64,000 bases of DNA from Geosiphon pyriformis uo1 (Eukaryota > Fungi > Glomeromycota). Below, piece by piece: positions 1-12,478 of the stretch (positions within the stretch are counted from its first letter, which is position 1; the number at the start of each line of letters is the position of its first letter). Made by a program: the position numbers and the translations under genes. Below the pieces are notes generated by a model that had not been told where the DNA came from, searched no databases, and saw nothing but the letters and a program-made list of their open reading frames with translations. The stretch spans positions 124,001-188,000 of the forward strand of contig JAAOMT010000566.1 of NCBI GenBank assembly GCA_016748015.1, in the 5' to 3' direction.

Positions 1-2750
1 ATTGGGTTTAATATTTTTCATTTTCTCTAAAAAAATTTACAATTTCTTCGCTATTTCGCTTTCCTTTTATCATTACATATATACAAAAAATCTAGATTTT
101 AGTTGGGTGGTTGCCATAATTGGATACCCTGAAATATTTACAATATCTTTTGAAATTCCCTTCAAATCACCAAAAAAATTAGAATCACCCAACATTTGTT
201 ATATAGTATTAATCCCATTCATTCGCATGAACATATTTTTTCATTAATTAGTAGTACTATTAGGTTTTTGTTTCATACAATACAAGATGACTCATGTTTT
301 GTTAACAAAATTCTCCATAAAAAACTTTTTTTAGGGGCGGTATAAAATTATGTATTGGAGTTTTTTGTATGTTTGTCTGGTAAATTCTTTAAAATGAGGA
401 GGAAACAATAAAAAATTTGTACATATTATTCTTTACACAATTTATCTGTTCGAATTTTGGTTAAAAAAAGTTTGATGTACTTTCATGTGAAATACTGCAA
501 ATATTGATAACTCGAATCGTCACAATTTCATATAATTCTATTTAGTATTTAGCAATTTGATGAGAATCATCCAAATATTAAGGAACGTGATGACAATAAT
601 TGATATTTGAAAGTTGACATCTGTTATGATGATTATAATGTTGTGTGTTAGGAAAGGTCGAAATTTTGATTTGGTTTGATCTTTTTAATTTGTTATCTAA
701 TCAATTTATGATGATGATGATGCTGCATGTACTTGAATTAAAAACCGTGCATGCATCAGTATTTAAGATCAATTGAAATTAATTTTCAATTGAGATTTGA
801 TGATATTTAGATATTTTTAATCAATATCTCGTATCGTATCGAATCGTATCGAAAACATCTTTGTGATGATTAAACTATAGGTCACACTTTAAACACGCGC
901 TGCCTTATACTTTAAAAACCTTGCTTTTTTTTAAACTTTTCTCCAAACTATTAGTACCACAAACACCGCTTTTCCGGGAATTATCACAAAAGCGAACGAA
1001 AGACAGATAACATTAAAAGATAACCTTTTATAAGATTAAGTTGAGTTTTTGTGTACTGTAGAGTTAAACGGATGATCAAATTCTGAGACAATTGAATGAT
1101 ACACCGGGTAATTTAGGCAAAAAATGTTGATCATTGTTATTTTTGCTTATGGTCCCCAAAATAATTAACTTTTGGGAGTGAGAGATACTAAAAAAAAACA
1201 AAAAAAACAGAATCAAAAGATCTAGGAAAAACAAATAATGCCCATTATTACTTCAAAATTTGACGCCAATTAAAACATATAAGCATATATCATAATATTA
1301 ACCGTAAACATCATCTAAGACATTTCTGGTATTAGACCGACCGATTGGAAATTTTTTACCGAGAGAGAACGCGCTGAAAATTTATTAGCTTCAGTAGGTT
1401 CCAAAATCAGATTCAGTAATTTAAAAATCAGGTTGTTCAAAAAACAATGTCACATGAAATGAAATTTAATCCTTAAAATTTTGGCGGCGCCGCATGGTTT
1501 TTTAAAAAGGTTCAAAGGCATAAGCGGTGGCAGGAAGGGCAGTACAAACGGATCACCTTTTTGTAACGAGCCACAATAAACATTATTAAATCGATTGAGC
1601 ATGAAATCTGATTAATTGGATGTCATTGCACGCGCTAAATCAACATTCAAAAGGATGAGGCGAAAAAATAATAGGCGTTTTTTATTTAATTTTTCAGTTT
1701 TTTTGACGCACTGTAATAGATATCAATCACGTCATTTTCTCACGCTTCGTCACGGTTGTCGGCGTCGATCATCATTCTGGGAATTTTAGGAAGATCCCGT
1801 CTTTCTGGACGCACAAATCGAAGAAATTGAATGGAGTTTTTCCGTATTGTCAATTTTTCATGTTTCGAAGATTTGGGATAAATATTTCAAACAACAATAA
1901 AAGGTAAATTAGAATGAAAATAAATTAAAAAAAAAACTGTGGGTTTATGAATAAGCAACAATGTGTTTTCTTTCTATCATTTCTACTCCAGCTCCTTCGC
2001 TTTAAACTAAATTTACAAATCACGTAAAAATCACAGAAACAAAAACCATCCCAAGATCAAGTCCAGACAAACAATGGTAAATTTCTTAATACCTGTATGA
2101 AAACAGGCAAAAAAAGTCTATTGTTGAAAATATTTATTCATTCTGCTTTTTACCTTGATATCAATGTTTGGGATCTGGTAATGTGTCATTTGCATGCTTT
2201 TTTTTTGTTGTTGAGCGCTCATGATTTGCTTGGTCATATGGTGTAATTTTTCCCATTTATAGCACTTTTTCCCACACATTATACAAGTTAAAGAACAGGT
2301 TTATCTTATCAATTTTATCTGTAGAGTTTCCTCAGCACCTAATATTTTTGTGGGGGTTTTATATTTTTTGTGTTTCTGTTATTGAGAAATTGAGAAGTGG
2401 TTTGATTTTCACTGTTCGATTGTTGCGGTTTAACATTGTTACTTGTTACACTATCATAAATCAATTTATTACTGTACTATGATGTCGTGATCAATGAATT
2501 TATGTATCATGATAATTTTAACCAATTAGGGTGTGTGTGGAGATTCGAGAATTTTGTGATCTTAACCAGTTTTTTAAGTTAAAAAAATGTTATTGGCAAT
2601 TGGGCTTTAGAAAAACCCTGCATATTGTTAAAGACTCACATGTAATGACAATTTTAGAAGTACTTTTCATATTTGGAATAAAATATATAAATAATAGGTA
2701 TTGTTCAGAAATATGTAATAATTCCTTGAAAAAGATTAAAAATTTATTTT
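1..2750. other. Non-repetitive-looking, CpG-retaining non-coding region (probable host intergenic/promoter DNA)
   Basis: CpG is frequent (acgcgc ~895, ggcggcgccgc ~1483, gtcggcgtcg ~1758). No recognisable TE homology or convincing ORF. CpG nearly vanishes after ~2.9 kb. Confidence 0.5.
829..853. repeat. Pentamer tandem repeat (TCGWA)x5
   Basis: tcgta tcgta tcgaa tcgta tcgaa read directly. Confidence 0.85.
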
Positions 2751-4024
2751 TATAAAAATAAAATATTGCATAAAGTAATTTAAATTAATTTATATATTTA
2801 GAATATGACATTAATAATATTAATCAAGTTTATATTAATTAATTTAATCAAGTTTAAAACTTAAAAAAAATTAAAAAATAAATGATCAAAATTACCAAAA
2901 CATAATCGAAAAAAACAAGCCCAATATTTTAATATTTAATATATATTAGTTTCATAAAATTTATTAAAAAAATAAATTGAAAATAAATAAATAAATTTAT
3001 TAAAATATTTATATATTGTAATTAAATATAAATATATAAATTTTTATGTATAAAGCTTTATTACTTTATAAAAGCATATGATAAATTTATTATTTAAAAT
3101 TTTAATACTATTAAATATTTTATAAATATATTTTTATAAATTAAATACAATTACTTAAATAATTATGTATAACTTATTTAATATATATAAAAATTGAAAA
3201 ATATATAAAAGTTTTACTTAAAATGTTTATTAAAATAAATTTAATTATATAATTAATAATTAAAATTATATAAAAAACACTATAAAGACACTTTTTTTTC
3301 TTATTAATTTCTTGATTATTAAAAACTAAAAAGTTATTTAAGTTTATATTTTTGTTTAAAGTTTTTTATTTTTTGTATTTCATTTTTTTTTTACTATTTA
3401 AAATTGTTTTAATAAGTTTTTTATATTGTTTAAACAAAAAAGTTTAAAAGTTTTTTGTTAAAAAAAGAATAAATTAAAATTAGAATAAAACAAAACAAAA
3501 GTATTATAAATATAAACAATAAAATATTCATGTTTAAATTTTAATATAATAAAATACTATATATTTAATTATTAATTACTTAATTATTTTAAAACTTTGT
3601 TTTATTACTAATAATTTTTTTTACCTGTAAAAAAAAGTATTAATTATATAAAATATTATAATTATAAGTTTTTAAAATTTGAGTTTTAAACAAACAAATA
3701 ATATTATTATGCAAATAATTTCAACTATTAATTAGAAAAAAGTATATATAAATTTTTGGCTAATAAAAACTTATTAATAAATAAACCAAATAAATAATAA
3801 TTAATTAATAAAAACATATTTTTATTATTAAAAATACTTATTTATAAAAGCTATATTTAGTTTTTTTATTGCTAAATTGCTTATAAAAATTTTAAATTTA
3901 TTATAATAACTATAATATTTTTTTTAATAATATTATTAAATATATTATTTTCAAAAACAAATATATTGTTTTAATTATTTGTTATTTTTCAAATTAAAAA
4001 AAAACTAAATTAAAATTTAATTTA

Positions 4025-4141
4025 CATATAAATAATATAAATTATTTAATTATAATATAACACAATAAAAATCTTAGAAAAATAATAATCTACATAATAA
4101 TAATTATAAAATAGTATTAACAACAAGTATTATTTTGTAAT
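4025..4141 (+). repeat. Decayed family-A LTR remnant, left part (split by L1)
   Basis: aataatataaattatttaattataatataacacaataaaaatcttagaaa aligns to the reverse complement of element A LTR; continues at 19398. Confidence 0.6.
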
Positions 4142-4765
4142 TTTTTTATTTTTTTTATTTTTTTAATAAATAAGAACAAATATTATTTAGCATAATACAT
4201 TAAACTAAGTAATTTAGATTAAGTATAAATTATAAATTTTTATAAATAATCAGCTACTTAAACCAATTAAAACAATATTATAAATCTATTTTAACAAAAA
4301 CATTACAATTTATTCTAGAAAAAAATGCACAAAACTTACATAAATTAAAACCAATATTATATGTTTTTGCAATACTAAACAACTTAATAATACTATTAAA
4401 AAGCAAAACCATTAAATTACAAATTACTAAAAACACAAAACTATTATGAAAAATCAGAGCACTTTTTTTAAAACTGTTTTATACTTAGATTTTATCAATT
4501 ATATTTTTTTACAATAAGCTATTTCTAAACTATGCACAATTAACAATTTTTTTAATAAAAATTTAAACACTACCAAAAATAGATAAAGTTTTTAAATACT
4601 ATTTTTTAAACTTAATATTTTTACATAAAGCAATATAAATTATATTATCAAATATAAACAAAAAAAACAACTATAAAACACAAAATAATAATAAGCTTAA
4701 ACTTAATAAATATTTTATAAAACCATATATAATTTGATTAACTTTTTATAAACAATAAAATCCAT

Positions 4766-5657
4766 TGTTATGAGATGGTTTTCTTGGTATATTTAATTGC
4801 TAATATCCTGTTTTAATTGCAATTAGTCTCTTGTGAGTTCCTTAATTCTATTTGTGTGATAATATCACTTTTTATACTGAAGGCTTTCTTTTTAATGTTG
4901 TAATCTAAGTTATTTCTCAATTCTTGATTGTTGTGTGTGTTTATATACTCCTTCCCAGAGGCTGAACTGAAATCTACCCACTGTTTGGGGTCTTCTCTGA
5001 GGCTATCTTTGCAATTGCCTGATGTGTTTCTCTAATCTAGAAACATGGAATATTAATGGCCTTTAGTGTTTTTCCTAATTCTCACAATAAAGCTTTTATC
5101 AATTAGTAACAACATAAATAATCTTGATTAGAGATTATTCTTCTAAGGGATTCAGCTAATAAATGATAGTTTCATTTAATAAATAATACAAGTAAGTTTC
5201 TTAACACTTTGAATTCAATTTTCAATATTCTTTTTTATTTCTTTTTGATTAAAGGTTTTTGTGGATATTTATTTTTAAAAGTAAAGACTAGAAGATAATT
5301 AAAGTGAAACTGTTGAATGAATTGTTTTGTTGGATAAATTAGATCTATTGCTTGATAAGTTATGATTTTTATTACTTGATTTTCTTTTCTCAATATTAAA
5401 GCTACTGTATATATACATGTTTGTAATTCTATGAAAAAACACATTGTAATACTTTCTTTTTAATATTTTAATCTGGTATTTGCTGTTATCACCAGTTGGT
5501 GTTGACTGCTATTGTGAACTGATGCTTGCCACTATCATGAGATAGTATTTGCTATTATGTTAATTATTACCTTTCTAAGATTATTACTGCACTATATTAT
5601 AATTGAATAGTTTATATTATTTTTATGATTCTTTTGCTAAATTCTTAAACTGTAACA
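4766..5657 (-). repeat. Element A 3' LTR (892 bp)
   Basis: tgttatgaga...ctgtaaca; about 90% match to 12479-13370. Confidence 0.95.
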
Positions 5658-5672
5658 TTATCTCCTCCTTTT
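5658..5672 (-). promoter_or_regulatory. Polypurine tract of element A
   Basis: AAAAGGAGGAGATAA on the minus strand, abutting the 3' LTR. Confidence 0.85.
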
Positions 5673-6339
5673 AAGATTGAACTTCATCAAAATCAAAGTT
5701 AATTTCTTCATTAAATTCTAAATTACTATAGTAGTTCAATACTGTGTTATTAATTTGTTGTTGTAATTCTTGAAATTGCGAGTTGGTAAGTCATCCAATA
5801 CTGTTGATTGTTATTATGTTCATGATTGGATTTAACAATAGTTTGTGACAGTTTTCAAATGCTTTGAAAATTCTGTAAACTGTTTTTGAATGGAATATAG
5901 TGTTGGTTTTTCCAATGAAAGGTTCTAATAGTTGGATAGTTGTTTTGTCAAATACTCTAGTTGAGTCTTTTGAGTATAATATTTGTATGTTTAAGTGCTT
6001 TCCTAGTTGATAATAACAGTAGTTAATTGGAAATTTCGTTTTCAAGTTGCTAAATATGTCTGGTGTTAATTCACTTATTTTTATTTCTTTTATTATTAAT
6101 GTATTGCCCAATGCTATCTCTAATTTTTTAATAACTTTGCTGATAAATTTGTTGTTATGTTTGGTAATATTATATGGTTCAAAATTATCTTTTTTTCTTG
6201 TTTTTGGATTTTCTATTGTTCTTTTTATGTATGTTATTTTGGAGCTATTAACTGTGATTTCCAGATCAGATTTTAATTGTTGTAAGCTTTCAACTAATTG
6301 TTGAGTTATATTGTTGATGTTTTCTGAAATAAGTATCAT
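5671..6339 (-). pseudogene. Element A ORF3 (unknown protein at the env position)
   Basis: ORF 5791..6339 continues in frame past one TGA to 5671. Homologous stretches occur in B, C and E. Confidence 0.7.
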
Positions 6340-6413
6340 TGTTTTAATTTTGACTGCTATTTTGCATGTGTTTTTATGGTTGTTAAATCATTTTTGCTGT
6401 GATCTAAGATTAA

Positions 6414-6902
6414 TTATCTTTTTGAATAATGTTCAATTAAAACTATTGATTTTAAATCTCATGAAATTTGTTCTGGTAAAATTAAAGATAATTGTGTTCC
6501 AATTTTGGGTGTCTTTGTTGTTATTACTGGTTTACTGTAATAGAATTTCAGCCAGTTACTATGTGTTGCTTTTCTTAATATTTTATCATCTAGTCTTAGC
6601 TTGTATGCTCTATTTCCAAGTATTTTATGAATATAAAATGGTCCATCCCACTTGTAATCAAATTTTCTACTCCATTGTTTTTCCATTTTTGTATGATGCA
6701 ACAATATTTTATCTCCAATTTTGTAGCTAATTATATTATCTGATAACTGGTTATCATGTTTCACTTTTTGTTGTTTTTGTAATTGTTCAATATTTTGTGC
6801 TGCTTTTCTTCTTTTGTTTTTTAAAGTTTTTATTAATTCATATGTTTTTCTAAGTAGTGTTTCCAAGTATTGGCTGAGGTTTTTGTAAAGGTGGTTGTTC
6901 AT
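6414..6902 (-). pseudogene. Element A integrase ORF with HHCC and DDE core deleted; GPF/SH3-like C-terminus retained
   Basis: MNNHLYKNLSQYLETL is fused directly to LRKTYELI...YKIGDKIL...KWDGPFYIHKILGNRAYKL. Confidence 0.85.
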
Positions 6903-6928
6903 TGTTGTAACAGGTGGATTGGTGATTT

Positions 6929-7330
6929 TTATGTGTGTCTCATTCTTGACAAACAGTCAGCATTAGCATTTTTGGTATCTTCTTTGTATTTGATAATATA
7001 ATTGTATGGTATTAACATTTGTGACCATTTGGCATATTTTCCTTTTAGCACTTTCTTATTATTTAACCAGACCAGACCTCTATGATCTGTGGTAATTTCA
7101 AAGAGTTAGTACCATAAATATGTGTCAAAGTAAACACAACTCCAGACTACTGCTAAGCATTCAAGTTTGTGTGTTGCGTAGTTTTGCTCTGCCGTACTGA
7201 GATTTCTGCTGGCATAAGTGATTACACATTCTCTTCTATTATCATCTTTTTGTAACAGAATGGCTCCAAGTCCAGTTTCAGAGACATCTGTGGCCAAAAT
7301 GAATTTCTTGTTGAAATTTGGATAGATCAT
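6929..7330 (-). pseudogene. Element A RNase H
   Basis: FILATDVSETGLGAILLQ...YATHKLECLAVVW...TDH...NADCLSR. Confidence 0.9.
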
Positions 7331-8130
7331 TATTGGTGATTCAATGAGCTTTGTTTAAGATACTCAAAAGTTTTTTGTTGTGCTTCAGTCCATTCAAATT
7401 TCACATTTTTGGATAGTAGGTAATTAAAGGGTTTGGCAATGTTTGAAAAGTTTTCTACAAAGTGGTGGTAGTAAGATGTGAGTCCTAAAAAGCTTCTAAC
7501 TTCTGAAATGTTTTGAGGTACTGGAAAATTTTTCACTTTGTCTATTTTTAATGAATCTGGTTTTATTCCATCTTTTCCAACTATGTGTCCTAAAAATGCT
7601 AGCTCATTTTTCCCAAAGAAACATTTTTTTAGATTTAGTTTAAGTCCAACATGTTTCAATCTCTCAAAAACTTGTTGTAAATGTTGAAGATAATCCGTGA
7701 ATTTTGATGAGAAAACATTTGTATCATCCAAGTAGACAACAACAGATTGCCACAGGATTCCAGAATAAATTACATCCATTAGTTTTTGGAATGTTATGAA
7801 AGTGTTTTTCAATCCAAATAGCATTACATTGAACTCATAATTGTCATTTTGTGTTGTAAATGCTGTTTTATGCCTGTCCTTTGGGTCCATTTCCACTTGC
7901 CAGTACCCACTGGTTAAGTCCAGTGTAGAAAACCATTTTGCTTCTTCAAAAACATCGAAGATTTCATCGATTAACAGTATTGGGTATGAGTTTTTGGTTG
8001 TTTTGCTGTTTAGTTTGCGATAGTCAATGCAAAATCTAATTTTTCCGTTTTTTTTCCTTACTAAAACAACTGGTAAGAACTATGGACTCATTAATGGTTA
8101 GATTATTCCTTTTTCCAACATGCTTTGGAC
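7330..8130 (-). pseudogene. Element A reverse transcriptase
   Basis: GYWQVEMDPKDRHKTAF...VVVYLDD...LGHIVGKDGIKPD. Confidence 0.95.
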
Positions 8131-8763
8131 TTCTTCTCTGATAAAATTATACTCTATTGGTGGAACATAGTAAGTGCGTTGTTTTTTAGGTTTAGCATCT
8201 TCAGTAGAGATTTAGTGTTAAACCAAGTTGGTTCTTTCAAATTCGCCATTTTATGAAAATATATTAGAGTATTTTAAAATTAATGCTTTTAATTGTTGTT
8301 GTTGGTCAATATTCATTGTTCCAATGTTTAATTTGGCCAATTCTTCTGGCATAAATTGATAGCATTCCAACAGTTGTTGCCAATTTATTGAAGTAAGTTC
8401 ACAGTAGAGGGCAATTTCTGGGAAATTTAGAATTTCTTGTGGTGTTGATGTGTTTTCTAGCTCCGTTTTGAGGTATCCAATGATGGTATCTTCTGGAATA
8501 TAGATGGGTTCTTTTGTGGTGTTTGCAATTGGAATTTTTATTCATTGAGCTTTATCAGCTGGAATAAAAAAGTTAGTAAGTCCTATGAGAAACTGTTGGC
8601 AAGTTTCTGGGTAGAGCTCAAATATTAGGTCTTTTTCTTTAATTGTCTTTTTTATTCTTATTTCTGATTTTCCATATGATAGGAGTGTAATGGACCACTC
8701 AGTTTTAATTACTTCGTCTTTTTTCTCTATTGTTTCAGCAAAATTCACTTCAATTCTTTTTTT

Positions 8764-9186
8764 TGTCGATCCAAAACCAAAAGTTCTTCTTGTTGTTTAT
8801 GACAATTCCTTACAATTTTCCACTGGCATGAATTTTCCAATTTTTACCAATGGTAGGAAAATTGCTTGTGCAATCTTTTTTTTAGATTTAATAGTATAAG
8901 GCTTTTCTGAATTGTTTTGTAGCAAAACCATTAAATTTCCAGTGTATCCGGAGTTAATTATTCCTTCTTGAACACTTATTTTTTTTTTCACAAGGCTTGA
9001 TCACAATGCTATTTGAACCATTATTCCTGGCAGAATTTCAACCACTATTTTCAGGTCAATTTTGGTAATGCTCCTAGGTGGTAAAATTATGGATTGGTCT
9101 TTTGGATAACATAGATTGAATCTGGTGTTAGTTAGATGGGCTCTTTCGGGTATTATCCCTAAGTGCCTGTTATCAAAGTATCAAAT
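8764..9186 (-). pseudogene. dut: Element A dUTPase domain
   Basis: Five trimeric-dUTPase motifs in order: TRFNL (AGFDL), *SSL (RSSL), GIINSGYTG, KIAQAIF, RRTFGFGST. Confidence 0.9.
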
Positions 9187-10149
9187 GTCAATCTCTTGTT
9201 CTAGATCAGTATAGACTACAAATTTTTCTGACTCAGGACCATTAAATGAGTTTTGTTAATTTATTGATTGATTTTGAGACTGCTGATTCTCAATTTCCAT
9301 TTTTTTTTCAAAGTCCTTTTTATCTTGATACTCTTCACAGCACTGATTTTGGCATGGAATAAGACAGTTTTCGCAGAGATAAGTATTAATTTGGGTAAGA
9401 TATTGTTTTTGCTCTTGTCGAGTGGGGTATAGTTGTTGGTAGTAGTCCTGAAATTCATCCACTGGGTTGAACATGTTGTAGCTGGCAACTTCATCAGCTA
9501 CTTCGGCTAACTTTTTCCAATGTCATATTTTTTCAGCAGTTTTTTTTCTTATTTTGGTCTGTGCAGTGTTGTACAACTTGTTCTCATTGTGTGGGTAGTA
9601 CTGTAGTCTTTTTAAAGCTCTATTGAACACTGCTTCGAATAGCATTCTTTTTCTTATCCAGTCACAGATGAGGATTGTGTATTGGCAAGTTGCATCATAT
9701 GTTCCTCCTCTGCCTGGTATGTTGTTTCAGTTGCACCCTCTTGGTAATGGTTCTCCACAAGTAAAACACAGTTCTTTATCCCATTTTCCGTGTCTTTCTA
9801 GGTAACTGTATTTTTCTTTGTTATAACAGTTACAATAGTAGTGGGTGGGGTTTTTTGGATCTTTATCTGGTGTGCTGCACACAGTTATAGATGAGAGTTT
9901 CTTTTTGCAAACTGAGCATTCTAGCTTTGATCTGTGTTGCTGGTGGTTTCTTTATGGACTTACCTGATTCCATTCGGATCTTTTTTTACTGATTCATGTT
10001 GGTATAACTGGTAGTCCTGTTCTTTGGTCATCAGCCCAAGAGAGCTAATAGGTTTTGATGATTGGTAGTGCTGGATTTTCCTTAAATTTGAAGGTAGGTC
10101 TTTGGTTGATGCTGGGTTTTTGGAAGTGACCACAAATGGCTAAAATTCT

Positions 10150-10500
10150 GGCCTGGTGGCTATTATAATTGATTAAAAGCTCTTGGGTGGTCCAGTCTAG
10201 GATGGCATTGGCTTTTGTTAGCCAGTCATTCCCTACTAACACTTAATATTGTGTAGTATTTATTACTAATACTTTTGTAGGTATTACTATGTCGTTAACT
10301 TCGAAAGAGAATGAGTTGATTTTACCATGAGGCAGCTTTGTACTTCCATTGGCTGTTATGATTTGAGATGTTGCAGTATGATCAACTTTGAAACCCAGTT
10401 GGTTTACTAGTTGAAGCATTACAATGCTTCCAGTGGATCTGCTATCTAAGATAAGTTTAATTGGGGTATTGTTTACAGTAGCTTCCATATACATAGCAGT
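10150..10500 (-). pseudogene. Element A aspartic protease
   Basis: IKLILDSRSTGS (DSG relic)...LVGNDWL. Confidence 0.9.
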
Positions 10501-10782
10501 AATTGGGCATTTTTTGTTCAATGTTGCTCCACTGAACATAGCCTTGTTTTCCTCTAATTCAAAAGGAAAAATAGCTGCAAGACTGCTATCTTCAGTGGCA
10601 ACTGCTGGTGGTATTGTTTGGCTCAATTTGTTGAAAAAATTTTCAGTTCTGTTTATGTTTCTACCATCATTGTTTTCAATGATCAGATTTTCTAGTATAT
10701 TAAAATAAGTTTGTTGATAATTTTGGTAGTTTGGATTGGTTTGCTGACTGGTTCCAGCACGGTTTGGATTCCTCTGGACCAA

Positions 10783-12465
10783 TGCATTCTGGTTCTACAT
10801 GGGCTAATTTCGGCGCTCGGAATGCCAATTTGGGTTGGCTATCATGGGCTGTTGCTAATAAGTTCCTTGATTTTGATACATGGTGAGATATTAGCGTGGT
10901 ATTGGCATGTACTGGTTTCTGGACATTTGGGGTGGCATGTAATAATTATTTTTGCATCCTTTCTGTATCATTTGTATTCGACATTAACTAATCAAATATC
11001 TTACACATTTGCAAAAATGGCAGACAGGCATTTTTGTTCTGAATTCCTGGTGCGACAAGCAATTATTTCAACTGTCACTGACTTTCTGGCTGTGTCTTTA
11101 GAGTGGTTGGTATGTATTTCTTCTTGGATTCAGGATGAGGTAACTTTTTATTTTCTTAGAGAATTCCTTCTCTAATTGCATTACTCTTTTCTCTAATGTT
11201 TCTGTCTTATTTTCCTCCATTACCATGTTAACTATTTAACTATGGTTAACTTCTTTCTTAGCCGATTCAAGAGTTCTGGCGAGTGTAATGGCTTCTGGTA
11301 AGAAGTTAGGGTGGGCAGAGCATACTCTTCTTAAAATGCTGCTTTTTAATCCTCTAATAAACTGATTTAAAACCTGAGGATCAGTGTAATATTCTTGTTT
11401 AATTGCTTCAATCTGACAGCGAATTCGATTGAATCAAGCAAGGTATTGGGTGACAGTTTTACCAGTACCTTGCTTAATAGTATTGAATTCATTCTATAGT
11501 TAGATTACAGTGTTTGGGTTGCTAAAATACTTCAGGAGTGCATTTTTAAATTCGGCAAAGCTCATGAATTTTGTTTCCAGGCTTTGATACCATGAGTCGG
11601 CTGTGTCTTTCAGGAAGAAAAATAATGTTTGAATTGCTCTTTGGTCATTCCAGTTATTTGCCTGGATGGCTTTTTGTGCTTCTTTGAGTCATGTGTGCAC
11701 GTCCGTTTCTTCTTCCTCTTCTGAGAAATCTGTTAGTCTTGTGATGTATGGTGTGGTCATTTTGTTGCTATTTTCTGCTGGTGGGCTTATTAGTCTAAGA
11801 GGAGATGAGATGATATTTCCTTGAGCATTCCTAAAGGTTGCTTCCTTTATATCCAGTTTTTCCTCTTGATCACAAGTTTCTTGGTTTCTGGACTGGCTGC
11901 TTGTTCCAGTAACCAGTCTTGTGCTTGTTTTTTTACTGGTTTCTTCAGATTTCAATTCAGACTCCTCTTCATGATTTTTAAAATTCACTCCAAATTTTGG
12001 TTGAAAAAAGAGTTTTTGGAATAGTAATAAATATTCTCCTGTAATTGGTATATCTTCCCAATTGTGTTGTTTGAGCTTCTCAGTGTAATTAGGAGTTTTT
12101 GGCATTTGTGGAGTTGATGTGAATAATGATATAGCTTTTAATGGGAGTTGGATTTTATTATCTGGGAAAAAATAATAAGATCTTTTTTCTGGTGAATGAA
12201 GGTATTGTTTCTTTACTGATTGCATGACATTTTTCTTGGGTGTTTAGGCAGGTGTTTCTAATTTTTGCTGATTTTCTTCATGATTAATTTCTGGATTGTG
12301 AACACATTCTCTGGTGTTCTTTGTGGATATTGGGTAATTTTCATTGGCGTATTGCTCAATTTTGCAATGAATTTGAACAATAGTCGCAGCTAATGCTGTT
12401 GTTTCTTTCTTTTTAGCAATGAATTATTACTAATTATTATTTTCTTTTTGATTTTCTTTCCTCAT
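10783..12465 (-). pseudogene. Element A gag
   Basis: LTDFSEEEEETDVHT*L...ANNW...DSWYQSL...FIRGL retrotransposon-gag pattern, in the same frame as PR, dUTPase and RT. Start uncertain. Confidence 0.8.
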
Positions 12466-12476
12466 AGGGTTCACCA
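12460..12476 (-). promoter_or_regulatory. Primer binding site of element A
   Basis: TGGTGAACCCTATGAGG 2 nt after the 5' LTR; similar to the PBS of element C. Confidence 0.75.
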
Positions 12477-12478
12477 AA

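Noticed and set aside
2-247. 81-aa ORF at the window start
   Set aside because: No true ATG start, no recognisable motif, composition typical of AT-rich noise
2531-2755. 74-aa ORF
   Set aside because: GTG start, no motif, runs into decayed AT sequence
5235-5444. 69-aa ORF open in both A LTRs (also 12948-13157)
   Set aside because: Duplication is explained by LTR identity; it spans the TATA-like tract, has no motif, and the decayed LTR relatives lack part of it
6047-6730. Hydrophobic plus-strand ORFs that look like membrane or env proteins
   Set aside because: Antisense shadows of A-rich IN and ORF3 coding sequence; the same applies to 10424-11175 and most opposite-strand ORFs over the LINEs
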